A model generated the notes under the pieces. It saw nothing but the letters and a program-made list of their open reading frames with translations, had not been told where the DNA came from and did no database searches. Below are positions 1-11,562 of a DNA stretch of 41,918 bases, piece by piece; the stretch's first letter is position 1, and every line of letters starts with the position of its first letter. This DNA comes from an uncultured Clostridia bacterium (GTDB lineage Bacteria; Bacillota; Clostridia; TANB77; CAG-508). The DNA lies in the NCBI GenBank assembly GCA_947625825.1, contig CANQPV010000003.1, forward strand, positions 1-41,918, in the 5' to 3' direction. A program made the translations under genes and the position numbers.

Positions 1-64
1 CTAGAAAAAACATATATAATACGCAAGCGACGTGGCGGATAATTTTAGGGCTGTGAATAGTAAC
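1..64 (-). repeat. Copy 1 (partial, cut by window edge) of ~135-nt palindromic dispersed repeat
   Basis: Reverse complement reads GTTACTATTCACAGCCCTAAAATTATCCGCCACGTCGCTTGCGTATTATATATGTTTTTTCTAG, matching the left halves of 5785-5919 and 8988-9125. Confidence 0.9.
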
Positions 65-75
65 ATAATAGTGTA

Positions 76-765
76 TTAAGTAATATTGCAATCTTCTAAT
101 ATCTTCCAACTACCAATAAAATTTGGAATAGAATAAAATGTTAAAGGCTCATTTGTTATTGGATGATAAATTTGAAGTTTATAAGCCCAAAGGGCAATTT
201 GCTTTCCGTGCCCTCTTTCTCCATATTTTTGGTCACCGTAAATACTATGATTTCTGCTAGATAGCTGAACTCTTATTTGATGATGTCTGCCTGTATGAAG
301 TAAAATTTTTAGAACTGAAAGGTTAATTTCTTCATCATATTTTAAAACTTCATAATCTAAAATAGCAAGTTTGCTATTTTTAGTTTCTTTTTTTACAACC
401 TTACTCATATTATTTTTTTCATTTTTTAGTAAATAATCTTCAAGTGTATCTTTTTCTTTTTCCATTTTTCCATTTACTATTACTAAATATGTTTTTTGAA
501 ATTTCTTTTCTCGTACTTGCTCGCTAAGCCTTGCAGCTGCTTTAGAGGTTTTTGCAAATACCATTACACCACCAACTGGTCTATCTAGTCTATGTATTAA
601 GCCTAAATATACATTCCCTGGTTTATTATACTTTTCTTTTAAATATTTTTTTATTAAAGTTAGCATATCTATATCTTCTGTTTTGTCTGCCTGTGATGGA
701 ATGTTTACTGGCTTTTCTACAACTATTATATGGTTATCTTCATAAATTACTTTTATTTGCTCCAT
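76..765 (-). CDS. RluA-family RNA pseudouridine synthase
   Basis: HRLDRPVGG catalytic motif, TGRHHQIR, YEDNHIIVVEKP; start moved to MEQIKV (ATG at 765, AGGAG RBS upstream). Confidence 0.93.
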   Translation of the reverse strand: MEQIKVIYEDNHIIVVEKPVNIPSQADKTEDIDMLTLIKKYLKEKYNKPGNVYLGLIHRLDRPVGGVMVFAKTSKAAARLSEQVREKKFQKTYLVIVNGKMEKEKDTLEDYLLKNEKNNMSKVVKKETKNSKLAILDYEVLKYDEEINLSVLKILLHTGRHHQIRVQLSSRNHSIYGDQKYGERGHGKQIALWAYKLQIYHPITNEPLTFYSIPNFIGSWKILEDCNIT

Positions 766-773
766 TTTTGCTC

Positions 774-1637
774 CTATTTTTCCCAACGGGCGTAAATTCC
801 GCATGGAAGTATTAATTTAGAATCTGTCATTGGTAAGCCTAATTCTCCGCTAGAAACCTTTCCTTTATGCGTTTTGCCAATAGTTAATCTTAAAATATTT
901 TCTAATACCATACTAGAAATTCCAGTAGTATATGAATTAATTAAGAAAAATAATGGATTATTTGATAATACTTTAGAACATAGTTCTACTAGCTCTGTTA
1001 AGTTTTCTTCAAACTTCCAAACTTCTCCATTAGTGCCTCTTCCATATGAAGGTGGATCCATAATTATAGCATCATATTTATTGCCCCTTCGTATTTCACG
1101 ATTTACAAATTTAAATACATCATCAACAATAAATCTAACCGGGTTATTTTGCAAGGATGATGCTTGTATATTTTCTTTTGCCCATGTTACCATTCCTTTT
1201 GAACTATCTACATGGCAAACCTCAGCCCCAGCATAACTACAAGCTACTGTTGCACCACCTGTATAAGCAAATAAGTTTAATACTTTAATAGGTTTTTCTG
1301 ATTTTTGAATTTTAGAAATCATCCAATCCCAGTTAACTGCCTGCTCTGGAAATAAGCCTGTGTGTTTAAAACCCATAGGCTTAATGTTAAAGGTTAAATC
1401 TTTATATTTTATTTGCCAAGCTTCTGGCATCTTTTTTTCGTATTTCCAGCTACCGCCACCTGATGAACTTCTATGGTAAGTTGCATTTACATTTTTCCAT
1501 TTTTCTGGAAAACTTTTTTCTTTCCATATAATTTGTGGATCAGGTCTTGATAGAATAACATTTTTCCATCTTTCTAATTTTACGCCGTCTGCCATATCTA
1601 ATATTTCATAATCTTTCCAATCATTTGCTACATCCAT
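774..1637 (-). CDS. Class I SAM-dependent (RlmI/RlmK-like) RNA methyltransferase
   Basis: VLNLFAYTGG SAM motif, DPPSY motif, HTGLFPEQ. Confidence 0.88.
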   Translation of the reverse strand: MDVANDWKDYEILDMADGVKLERWKNVILSRPDPQIIWKEKSFPEKWKNVNATYHRSSSGGGSWKYEKKMPEAWQIKYKDLTFNIKPMGFKHTGLFPEQAVNWDWMISKIQKSEKPIKVLNLFAYTGGATVACSYAGAEVCHVDSSKGMVTWAKENIQASSLQNNPVRFIVDDVFKFVNREIRRGNKYDAIIMDPPSYGRGTNGEVWKFEENLTELVELCSKVLSNNPLFFLINSYTTGISSMVLENILRLTIGKTHKGKVSSGELGLPMTDSKLILPCGIYARWEK

Positions 1638-1713
1638 TTTTTTATTTTATTAGGTCTTCCTAATTCCTTAATATATTTAGGTTTTTTTAGCAGGATTTAC
1701 CTATAAACCTTTT

Positions 1714-1923
1714 TTAAACACTTGTAAGTAAATAAATAAAATTTGTAAGTAAAGCTATATCTATTGCAATAAATAGGCTCAAACTTATTGTAGCAATAGT
1801 TATTGTTTTATGTTTTTTAATACTATTTAAAATACTGCTTGTCAAGCTACTTTTACCTTCTTTTATTTTGTGCTTAACATCTTTCATATTAACATTTAAA
1901 ATTAAATCTTTCGTGTATTCCAT
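1714..1923 (-). CDS. Small hypothetical membrane protein
   Basis: 69-aa ORF with AGGGGG RBS and C-terminal hydrophobic helix. Confidence 0.6.
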   Translation of the reverse strand: MEYTKDLILNVNMKDVKHKIKEGKSSLTSSILNSIKKHKTITIATISLSLFIAIDIALLTNFIYLLTSV

Positions 1924-2003
1924 AAAATCCCCCTAAAATATATTTTCTTTTTTAAATATATGATTAGGTTTTGTAAATTATTCCTAAAATCGTAATACAA
2001 ATT

Positions 2004-3800
2004 TTATGGTATTTCTAGAAAATCTTTTATTTTTTGAGCAAACTCTACAGTTATTCCTGGAATTTGTGCTATTTCCTCAGGAGTTGCTTTTCTAATATTA
2101 GAAACTGTGCCGAATTTTTTAAGTAGTGCATTTTTTCTTGCCTCTCCTATTCCATCAATTCTATTTAATGCAGAGTTTGTTATTTGTTTATCTCTTAGCT
2201 TTCTGTGATATGAAATTGCCGTATCATGTATAGCATCTTGAAAAGCTGTTATTTTATTCATTACAATTTCAGATACTTTTATTTCATTCCTATTTTCATC
2301 AATTAATGCTCTAGTATGGTGTCTGCTATCTTTTACCATTCCATAAACTGGAATAGATAATTTTAATTCAGAAATTGCTTGCTTTGCTGCTTTTATTTGC
2401 GTTATACCACCATCTACAAAAATTACATCTGGAAGATTTCCAAATGCTCCATTTGGATCTTCTATTGAATGATGGAGTCTCCTTTTTATAACTTCCCAAA
2501 TACATTTTGGATCATCTTGATCAAGCATACTTTTTATTTTAAATTTACGGGATAAACTTTTATTTATTTCTCCATCTTTTAAAACACACATAGCAGAAAC
2601 AATATACTGTCCAGATAAGTTTGAAATATCATACCCTTCAATTTTCCTTGGCATTTTTTTCAAGTGTAAAACTTCTTTTAGTTCTTTTATTACACTATAT
2701 TTTTCTCCTTCTTTATTTTGAAGAGTAATAACAGCATTTTTTTCAGCCATTTCTACCAATTTTAGTTTTTCGCCTTTTTGTGGAACTTTTATTTCAACTT
2801 TTCTTCCAGCTTGTTGTGAAAGCCATTCTTCAATTAATTTTTTATCTTCAATTTCTTCTTTTATCATTATTTTATTAGGAAATAGCATACTATCTATATA
2901 ATATTGTTTTATAAAGTTAGAAAGAATTTCGCTATCTTCTTCGTCTTGTAAGTCTTCAAAAAAGTAATGATGTCTTTCTATCATTTTTCTATCACGAATT
3001 AAAAATAATTCTATACATACTTCTATTGCACTTCTTGCAAGACCTATAACATCAATATCAAATTCTGATATATTTGATACTTTTTGTCTTTCTTCTGTAA
3101 TTTTTTGAATTGCAAGAACTTTATCTCTAATTTCTGCAGCTTTTTCATAATTTAAAGTTTGAGAAGCTTCTTTCATTTCTTGTGTTAGCTCTTTTACAAC
3201 TTCTATTGTATCTCCATCTAATAAACTAATAATTTGATTTATTTGTTTCCTATAATCTTCTTTTGAAATTTTACCTATACATGGACCACTACATTTTTTT
3301 ATATGGTAATTTAGGCATGCTTTATTTTTATATTTAAAATTTTTACATTGCCTAATTTGAAATTTAGATTTAATAAAGTCTATCATTTCTTTTGCACTGC
3401 CACTGCTTGCATAAGGTCCAAAATATCTAGCTCCATCATTTAAAATTTTACGTGTTAAATATATATCTGGAAAATCTGCTTTTACATTTATTTTAATATA
3501 TGGATATGTTTTGTCATCTTTAAGCAAAACATTAAATTTTGGCATATTCTTTTTAATTAAATTACACTCTAAAATTAAAGCTTCTGACTCATTATCTGTA
3601 ACAATATATTCAAAGTGATCTATTAAAGCTACCATATTTTCAATTCTTTTTGTTTTATTAGTTTTTCTAAAATACTGTTTAACTCTTTTTTTTAAAGAAA
3701 TAGCCTTTCCAACATAAATAATATGATCATCTTTATCTCTCATAATATAAACGCCAGGTTTACTTGGCAGCTTTTTAAGTTCTTGTTCTATATCAAACAA
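2004..3800 (-). CDS. uvrC: Excinuclease ABC subunit C
   Basis: GIY-YIG (PGVYIM...IYVGKA), UVR coil, RNase H-like (EGYDISN, VDGG) and C-terminal HhH; likely TTG start at 3800 after AAGGGGG. Confidence 0.95.
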   Translation of the reverse strand: MFDIEQELKKLPSKPGVYIMRDKDDHIIYVGKAISLKKRVKQYFRKTNKTKRIENMVALIDHFEYIVTDNESEALILECNLIKKNMPKFNVLLKDDKTYPYIKINVKADFPDIYLTRKILNDGARYFGPYASSGSAKEMIDFIKSKFQIRQCKNFKYKNKACLNYHIKKCSGPCIGKISKEDYRKQINQIISLLDGDTIEVVKELTQEMKEASQTLNYEKAAEIRDKVLAIQKITEERQKVSNISEFDIDVIGLARSAIEVCIELFLIRDRKMIERHHYFFEDLQDEEDSEILSNFIKQYYIDSMLFPNKIMIKEEIEDKKLIEEWLSQQAGRKVEIKVPQKGEKLKLVEMAEKNAVITLQNKEGEKYSVIKELKEVLHLKKMPRKIEGYDISNLSGQYIVSAMCVLKDGEINKSLSRKFKIKSMLDQDDPKCIWEVIKRRLHHSIEDPNGAFGNLPDVIFVDGGITQIKAAKQAISELKLSIPVYGMVKDSRHHTRALIDENRNEIKVSEIVMNKITAFQDAIHDTAISYHRKLRDKQITNSALNRIDGIGEARKNALLKKFGTVSNIRKATPEEIAQIPGITVEFAQKIKDFLEIP

Positions 3801-3925
3801 TATAGTAGCCCCCTTATTTTTACTATATGTATTGTAGCACAAATACTAAATTTTTACAATTTTTTGACACATTTTATTTTTTGTAGTAATATAGTATGTA
3901 TAGTTAAATTTATATGGAGGTACTT

Positions 3926-5764
3926 ATGTGTGGAATTGTAGGATATATTGGTAATAAAAAAGCTACTCCTATTTTAATAAATGGTTTATTAAGTTTAGAA
4001 TATAGAGGATATGATTCAGCAGGTATTGCTGTAATTGAAAATAATGAAATTTGTGTATTAAAAGATAAAGGTAGAGTTGCTAATTTAAGAAAAATACCAG
4101 AAATAGATACTTTAGAAAGTTCTATTGGAATTGCTCATACTAGATGGGCAACTCATGGAAAGCCATCAAAGGAAAATTCTCACCCACATTTAGATAATAG
4201 TAAACAGTTTGCGGTTGTACATAATGGAATAATTGAAAATTATAATGAGTTAAAGGAATTTTTATGTAGCAAAGGCTATAAGTTTTTATCTCAAACAGAT
4301 ACAGAGGTAATTCCTAATTTAATTCATTACTATTATACAAATGGTATATCTGATGATGACAAATTTTTAAGAGCTGTAAAATCAGCTATTGATGACTTAA
4401 AAGGTAGTTATGCTATTGAAGTTATATCTAACTTATACCCTGATAGGGTAATTGTAGTTAGAAAAGATAGCCCTTTAGTAATTGGAACAAGTAAGGAAGA
4501 AAACTTTATTTCTTCTGACATTCCAGCTATTTTATCATATACAAAGAATTTTTATTTGTTAGATGATTATGAATATGCTGTAGTTTATAATGACCATATT
4601 CAATTTTTTGATAATTCTTTAATAGAACATAGTAAAGCTATTAAAAGTATTGAATGGGATGCAACTGCTGCTGAAAAAAATGGCTATGAAGACTATATGT
4701 TAAAAGAAATTTATGAACAACCAAACTCTATTCGTGAAACAATTGGAACTAGGTTTAAATTAGGCGAAAAGTGTTGTTTTGATGATATTGATATAAACAA
4801 AGAATATTTAAAAACAGTTAATAAAATTTATATTGTAGCTTGTGGTACAGCAATGCATGCAGGCTTAGTTGGTAAAGTTGCAATTGAAAAACTATGTAAT
4901 ATTCCTACAGGGGTAGATATTGCATCTGAATTTCGCTACAGAAACCCTATTATTGATGAAAATACGCTTTGCATATTTATTAGTCAATCTGGAGAAACTG
5001 CAGACACAATAGCAGCATTAAAATTAGCAAAAGAAAAGAAAGCTAAAACTATAGCAATTTCTAATGTAATTGGAAGTTCTATAACAAGAGTGGCAGATTA
5101 CACTATATATACACACGCAGGTCCAGAAATTGCTGTAGCTTCTACAAAAGCTTATACGTCTCAAATAATATTACTAGTAATTTTAGCTATGTATTTTGCA
5201 GAAAATTTAGAAAGCTGTAAAAAAGATGTTTTAGATAACTTAAAAGTTGATATATTAGATCTTCCATCTAAAATAGAAGCTGTATTAAATGAAATTAATG
5301 GAATTAAAGAATTTGCTAATAAGATTTATACTGAAAAAGATATGTATTTCTTAGGTAGAGGAAATGACTACTATGTAGCTATGGAAGGCTCTTTAAAGCT
5401 AAAAGAAATTTCATATATTCATTCTGAAGCTTATGCCTCTGGAGAATTAAAACATGGTCCAATTGCATTAATTGAAAATGATGTTACAGTTATTGGAATT
5501 TTAACAGATAGTAATTTAGTAGATAAATCTATTAGTAATATTCAGGAAGTAGTATCAAGAGGTGCTAAAACTTTAGTAATTACAAATCAAAGATTAACTA
5601 ATAATAATTTTGATTTTATTATAAATGTACCTGAAACTAATAATTTAATATCACCTGTACTTTCAGTAATTCCGCTTCAACTTTTGGCTTATTATATTTC
5701 TAAAAATAAAGGCCTAGATGTAGATAAGCCAAGAAATTTAGCAAAATCTGTTACTGTAGAATAA
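3926..5764 (+). CDS. glmS: Glutamine--fructose-6-phosphate aminotransferase
   Basis: MCGIVG start after GGAGG, HTRWATHG, SQSGETAD, PRNLAKSVTVE end. Confidence 0.98.
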   Translation: MCGIVGYIGNKKATPILINGLLSLEYRGYDSAGIAVIENNEICVLKDKGRVANLRKIPEIDTLESSIGIAHTRWATHGKPSKENSHPHLDNSKQFAVVHNGIIENYNELKEFLCSKGYKFLSQTDTEVIPNLIHYYYTNGISDDDKFLRAVKSAIDDLKGSYAIEVISNLYPDRVIVVRKDSPLVIGTSKEENFISSDIPAILSYTKNFYLLDDYEYAVVYNDHIQFFDNSLIEHSKAIKSIEWDATAAEKNGYEDYMLKEIYEQPNSIRETIGTRFKLGEKCCFDDIDINKEYLKTVNKIYIVACGTAMHAGLVGKVAIEKLCNIPTGVDIASEFRYRNPIIDENTLCIFISQSGETADTIAALKLAKEKKAKTIAISNVIGSSITRVADYTIYTHAGPEIAVASTKAYTSQIILLVILAMYFAENLESCKKDVLDNLKVDILDLPSKIEAVLNEINGIKEFANKIYTEKDMYFLGRGNDYYVAMEGSLKLKEISYIHSEAYASGELKHGPIALIENDVTVIGILTDSNLVDKSISNIQEVVSRGAKTLVITNQRLTNNNFDFIINVPETNNLISPVLSVIPLQLLAYYISKNKGLDVDKPRNLAKSVTVE

Positions 5765-5784
5765 TAATTTTTATAAGAAAAAAA

Positions 5785-5919
5785 TTACAATTCAGGCCCT
5801 AAGATTATCCGCCACGTCGCTTGCGCATGCTATATGTTTTTTCTCGACTAAAGTACGAAAAAACATATGAGCATGCCGCTGTGGCTACTCTAAAATTTAT
5901 AATTAGCTATAAATAGTAA
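5785..5919 (+). repeat. Copy 2 of ~135-nt palindromic dispersed repeat
   Basis: Nested inverted repeats TTAC/GTAA, GATTAT/ATAATT, GCCAC/GTGGC, GCATGC-TATATGTTTTTTC/GAAAAAACATATG-A-GCATGC. Confidence 0.9.
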
Positions 5920-5922
5920 TTC

Positions 5923-5960
5923 AAAAATCACCTTAAAGCATTTAGCTTAAGGTGATTTTT
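5923..5960. terminator. Bidirectional intrinsic terminator between convergent glmS and purA
   Basis: AAAAATCACCTTAA...TTAAGGTGATTTTT. Confidence 0.85.
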
Positions 5961-5993
5961 GTTTCTCTTTAAAAGAGATTTTTTAAATAGATG

Positions 5994-7389
<1,396 letters not shown>

Positions 7390-7464
7390 TAATTTTCTAC
7401 AACTTTTCCACTTTTTGGAAGACTTTTGATAACTTTTAAACTTTTAGAAACTAAGGAGAAAAGT

Positions 7465-7725
7465 TTAAATAAATAATTTCAAAATAATAAGTAATATTGC
7501 TCCTGGAATTCCTAAAATTCCTACTAACAAAGATGTTACCACATTAAGTCCTATATGAAAGCTAAATATTTGCCCTATTAGGTTTATTATAAAAATTAGC
7601 AGTCCTCCTAAAACTGAATTTAATATAAGCTTTCCAATGGCTTTTAGTGGAATGGAAAAAATTTTTCCTATTATCCAAAAAGCAAATATACAACCTAAAA
7701 TAATAAAAGCATTAAAAAAATCCAA
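7465..7725 (-). CDS. bofA: Pro-sigmaK processing inhibitor BofA family
   Basis: Hydrophobic 86 aa with NSVLGGLL...HIGLN...GILGIPG pattern; follows a yaaL-like gene as in Bacillus/Clostridium. Confidence 0.8.
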   Translation of the reverse strand: MDFFNAFIILGCIFAFWIIGKIFSIPLKAIGKLILNSVLGGLLIFIINLIGQIFSFHIGLNVVTSLLVGILGIPGAILLIILKLFI

Positions 7726-7749
7726 ATTATATCACCACGCCTTTATTAA

Positions 7750-7780
7750 TCATTATGATATAACTTGGACAAATATGACA
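7750..7780 (-). promoter_or_regulatory. Putative sigmaE (mother-cell) promoter of bofA
   Basis: GTCATATT-14-CATAATGA resembles the sigmaE consensus; bofA is sigmaE-dependent in B. subtilis. Confidence 0.5.
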
Positions 7781-7782
7781 AA

Positions 7783-8058
7783 CTATCCTACTTGATTTGT
7801 TCTAAAATATAATTCTTCAATCATATTTAAAGAAATTCCCACTTTTCTTGCTTTATTTACTAAAAAATCTAGCTTGCTTTTGCTTGCTTTAATTTGATAA
7901 ATATAATAGTCAACTAAGCCTGCTTCTGCAGTTTCAAAATTTTTTATAGCTAAGTCTAATTCTTTTTTTGATTTTAATACACTTGTAATTAATTCAACTT
8001 TCTTCTCTTCGGCTGTTTTTTCAATAAGTAAATTCTCTTTTTGAAAATTTTCGTACAT
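7783..8058 (-). CDS. DUF2508/YaaL-family protein
   Basis: NFETAE..LVDYYIYQIKA pattern; adjacent to bofA. Confidence 0.75.
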   Translation of the reverse strand: MYENFQKENLLIEKTAEEKKVELITSVLKSKKELDLAIKNFETAEAGLVDYYIYQIKASKSKLDFLVNKARKVGISLNMIEELYFRTNQVG

Positions 8059-8124
8059 ATTTATTCATCTCCTTTAAACCATGCTTGTTAAAACTTTTAG
8101 TATTATATACCAATTTTTATTTTT

Positions 8125-8973
8125 CTATTCAACAATGCTATATATTATAATTCCAAGTGATTGTATTACAAATAAATTTATAATATTAGAAGTTAGCAAA
8201 TTATTAGTAGCTTCTATTACGCCATCTTCTACATTTTGCTTATTTAATTTGTAATGTTTTTGTGCCTCTAAGAAAGTAATTAATTCTGGTATGCTTGTTA
8301 TAAAGCCAAGTAAAATACCTATAAACCACTCTGGTACACTAAAGATAAAATTTAAATTTTCTAATGTATTACTTAACAAATTTCCAATAAAATAAAGAAA
8401 AATTGATATAAAAATTAAAAATACAATATTTTTTATAACTATTTTCTTTTTCCCTTTTACCCACTTTTGTTCTTCTTGTATTTTCCTTTCTTGCTCAGTT
8501 ATTTTGTTTAAGTATAATTTATGAGAATTATTATTTATAAAATAAAAAAGCAAAAGTAGCAAAACAAACATTGGAACAATTTGAATAGAAAAATCTATTT
8601 TAAATATAAAAAATAATACTGGAATAATAATTGTAAAAATAGCCATAATTAAATCTATTTTAATTGCTTTTTTACTTAGAATTTTCTGATTTTTATTTAA
8701 AAATATTGTAGCTAAGTATTGAACTAAATTTATAACATTAGAGCTTATAATATTATAACTACTTGCAGAAATTAAGCCTGTAAATGCTGAAAAAGACACG
8801 GTTAATAATTCTGGTACAGATGTAGCTATGCCAGAAATGTTTCCCACTGTTTTTGGTTTTAAATTTAAGCTTTCTGCTAAGTTTCTTAAAACTGTTACTA
8901 AAAAATATTTAGATATTAATACAATTATTGTTGTATAAAAAATAAATTTTAAAAATTCTAAAATAAAATTCAT
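8125..8973 (-). CDS. Na/Ca exchanger-like membrane transporter
   Basis: Two alpha repeats GIATSVPEL and GFITSIPEL, with SNVIN/SNIIN motifs. Confidence 0.75.
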   Translation of the reverse strand: MNFILEFLKFIFYTTIIVLISKYFLVTVLRNLAESLNLKPKTVGNISGIATSVPELLTVSFSAFTGLISASSYNIISSNVINLVQYLATIFLNKNQKILSKKAIKIDLIMAIFTIIIPVLFFIFKIDFSIQIVPMFVLLLLLFYFINNNSHKLYLNKITEQERKIQEEQKWVKGKKKIVIKNIVFLIFISIFLYFIGNLLSNTLENLNFIFSVPEWFIGILLGFITSIPELITFLEAQKHYKLNKQNVEDGVIEATNNLLTSNIINLFVIQSLGIIIYSIVE

Positions 8974-8987
8974 TGTATGCCTTTCAT

Positions 8988-9125
8988 GTTACAATTCACA
9001 GCCTTAAAATTATCCGCCACGCGCCCAACGTATTATATATGTTTTTTCTCGTCTAAAGCACGAAAAAACATATATAATGAAGCAAGTGGCTAATCTAAAA
9101 TTTATAATTAACTGTGACTAGTAGC
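8988..9125 (+). repeat. Copy 3 of ~135-nt palindromic dispersed repeat
   Basis: GTTAC/GTAGC, TCACAG/CTGTGA, AATTAT/ATAATT, GCCAC/GTGGC, TATTATATATGTTTTTTC/GAAAAAACATATATAATG. Confidence 0.9.
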
Positions 9126-9163
9126 TATTATTCCCATTTATTTCATGTTTTATTTAAATAGCA

Positions 9164-9192
9164 TTGAAAAATATCAAAAAAAGTGTTAAAAT
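9164..9192 (+). promoter_or_regulatory. SigA-type promoter of serS-engB
   Basis: TTGAAA-17-TAAAAT with TGn extension. Confidence 0.6.
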
Positions 9193-9276
9193 AGCTTTAT
9201 TCTAAAAGTTGTTTCTATGGAAAGCACACTTTCCTAAAAATAGATTTTGAAAATAACCAATTAAGGGGGAATTAAA

Positions 9277-10563
9277 ATGATAGACATTAAATTTTTAAGG
9301 GAAAATCCAGATGCTGTTAAAGAAAACATTAAGAAAAAATTTCAAGACCATAAACTTCATTTAGTAGATGAAGTAATTGAATTAGATGCAAAAAATCGTG
9401 AAGCAAAATTAAATGGTGATGAATTAAGAAGCAAAAGAAATTCACTAAGTAGCGAAATTGGTAATTTAATGAAACAAGGTAAAAAAGAAAAAGCAGAAAA
9501 TATAAAAAAGCAAGTTTCAGAAATCAATGAAAAATTACTTGAAAATGAAAAGCTAGAAGAAGAATATGGAATGCAAATTACTGAAAGAATGATGAAAATT
9601 CCAAATATTATTCATGAATCTGTTCCTATCGGAAAAGATGATAGCCAAAATGTTGAAATTCAAAAATTTGGAGATCCTATTGTTCCTTCTTATGAAATTC
9701 CTTATCATACAGATATTATGGAAGCGTTAGAAGGAATTGATTTAGATAGTGCCCGTAGAGTTGCAGGAAACGGTTTTTATTACTTAATGGGAGATATTGC
9801 AAGACTTCATTCTGCTGTTATTTCTTATGCTAGAGATTTTATGATTAGCAAAGGATTTACTTATTGCGTTCCACCTTTTATGATTCGTAGTAATGTAGTA
9901 ACAGGTGTTATGAGCTTTGAAGAAATGGATGCTATGATGTATAAAATTGAAGGTGAAGATTTGTATTTAATTGGTACAAGTGAACATTCTATGATTGGTA
10001 AATTTAAAGATCAAATTTTGCCAAAAGAAAACTTGCCATATACTATGACATCTTATTCTCCATGTTTTAGAAAAGAAAAAGGTGCACATGGTATTGAAGA
10101 ACGTGGTGTTTACCGTATTCACCAATTTGAAAAACAAGAAATGATAGTTGTTTGTGAGCCAGAAGATAGCTATAAATGGTATGAAAAATTATGGTCTTAT
10201 ACAGTAGAATTATTTAGGAGCATGGAAATTCCAGTTCGTACATTAGAGTGTTGTAGTGGAGATTTAGCAGATTTAAAGGCTAAAAGCTGTGATGTTGAAG
10301 CATGGAGTCCAAGACAACAAAAATATTTTGAGGTTGGTAGCTGCTCTAATTTAACAGATGCACAAGCTAGACGTCTTGGAATTCGTATTAAAGGTGAAAA
10401 AGGAAATTATTATGCACATACTTTAAATAACACAGTAGTTGCTCCACCTCGTATGTTAATTGCATTTTTAGAAAATCACTATCAAGAAGATGGAAGCATT
10501 ACTATTCCAGAAGTTTTATGGCCATATATGGGTGGTACTAAAATCTTAAAACCTAAAAAGTAA
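9277..10563 (+). CDS. serS: Serine--tRNA ligase
   Basis: N-terminal coiled coil, LIGTSE, CFRKE...RIHQFEKQE, EVGSCSN, HTLNNT. Confidence 0.97.
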   Translation: MIDIKFLRENPDAVKENIKKKFQDHKLHLVDEVIELDAKNREAKLNGDELRSKRNSLSSEIGNLMKQGKKEKAENIKKQVSEINEKLLENEKLEEEYGMQITERMMKIPNIIHESVPIGKDDSQNVEIQKFGDPIVPSYEIPYHTDIMEALEGIDLDSARRVAGNGFYYLMGDIARLHSAVISYARDFMISKGFTYCVPPFMIRSNVVTGVMSFEEMDAMMYKIEGEDLYLIGTSEHSMIGKFKDQILPKENLPYTMTSYSPCFRKEKGAHGIEERGVYRIHQFEKQEMIVVCEPEDSYKWYEKLWSYTVELFRSMEIPVRTLECCSGDLADLKAKSCDVEAWSPRQQKYFEVGSCSNLTDAQARRLGIRIKGEKGNYYAHTLNNTVVAPPRMLIAFLENHYQEDGSITIPEVLWPYMGGTKILKPKK

Positions 10564-10576
10564 GAGGTATTTAATT

Positions 10577-11173
10577 ATGATAATTAAACATCCGGAATTT
10601 AAAATTTCAGCTGTAAGTCCTAAGCAATACCCTAACGATAATTTGCCACAAGTTGTGTTAGTTGGGAAGTCTAATGTTGGAAAATCTTCTTTTATAAATA
10701 CTTTGGTAAATCGTAAGGGGCTTGCAAGAACTAGTAGCGAACCTGGAAAAACAAGACAAATTAATTTTTATAATATAGATAATAAATTTTATTTTGTAGA
10801 TTTACCTGGCTATGGATTTAGTAAAATGTCTAAACAAGAACAAGAAAAAGTAGGAAATTTTATTGAACAGTATTTGCAAACAAGTAAAAATATTGCGCTT
10901 ATTATTTTTTTAGTTGATATTAGGCATACTCCTACTGAAAATGACAAATTAATGTATGACTACATTTTCAAAACAAATCTTCCTTGTATAGTAATTGCAA
11001 ATAAAGCTGATAAAATTGCTATTACTAAGGTAGAAGAAAGTGTAAAAAAATTACAAGAAATTTTAAATCCTTTAAAAGATTTAGAATTTCTTCCATTTTC
11101 TTCTGAAAGAAAAGTGTATACTGAAAAAGTTTTGGAAAGCATTGAAAATGCATTAAATGTTTATTATGATTAA
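10577..11173 (+). CDS. engB: Ribosome biogenesis GTPase YsxC/EngB
   Basis: GKSNVGKSS, PGKT, DLPGYG, NKAD motifs. Confidence 0.95.
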   Translation: MIIKHPEFKISAVSPKQYPNDNLPQVVLVGKSNVGKSSFINTLVNRKGLARTSSEPGKTRQINFYNIDNKFYFVDLPGYGFSKMSKQEQEKVGNFIEQYLQTSKNIALIIFLVDIRHTPTENDKLMYDYIFKTNLPCIVIANKADKIAITKVEESVKKLQEILNPLKDLEFLPFSSERKVYTEKVLESIENALNVYYD

Positions 11174-11245
11174 TAAAATTTACTACTAATAATAGTTAAA
11201 TGCACAATAATACTAATAATAACTAATAAAATTTAATAATTTTAG

Positions 11246-11274
11246 TTGATTTTTTGTCAAAATGAGAGTATAAT
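11246..11274 (+). promoter_or_regulatory. SigA-type promoter of orphan ORF 11322
   Basis: TTGATT-17-TATAAT. Confidence 0.6.
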
Positions 11275-11321
11275 ATATATTAACTCCCAAGTGGAGAATA
11301 TTTTAAGGAGGACATATATAT

Positions 11322-11549
11322 ATGCCTAGACGGAAATTTTTAATTGTTAAGTTTGCTGACGAAAGTCATGCAAAAGCTGCGTATAACTACTTCCGCTCCC
11401 AAAATCCTAGCCTAATGAGTGCGGCTACCGATTTTTCAAGGGTGGAAAGGTCTACAGTATACATTCAAGAAGGTTCTTACAGCATACCTCACTGCATCGC
11501 CAAAAGTATACTTTTGGAGTGTGAGGGAGCAATTCCTGTTTCCGTATAA
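11322..11549 (+). CDS. Small orphan hypothetical protein (GC-shifted)
   Basis: AAGGAGG RBS, own promoter and terminator, 75 aa. Confidence 0.65.
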   Translation: MPRRKFLIVKFADESHAKAAYNYFRSQNPSLMSAATDFSRVERSTVYIQEGSYSIPHCIAKSILLECEGAIPVSV

Positions 11550-11562
11550 TCCTTACAAAATT

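Noticed and set aside
3801-3925. glmS ribozyme upstream of glmS
   Set aside because: Only ~125 nt of AT-rich divergent promoter sequence; no ribozyme core visible
11170-11240. ACTAATAA-type repeats after engB
   Set aside because: Low-complexity AT-rich tract without regular period
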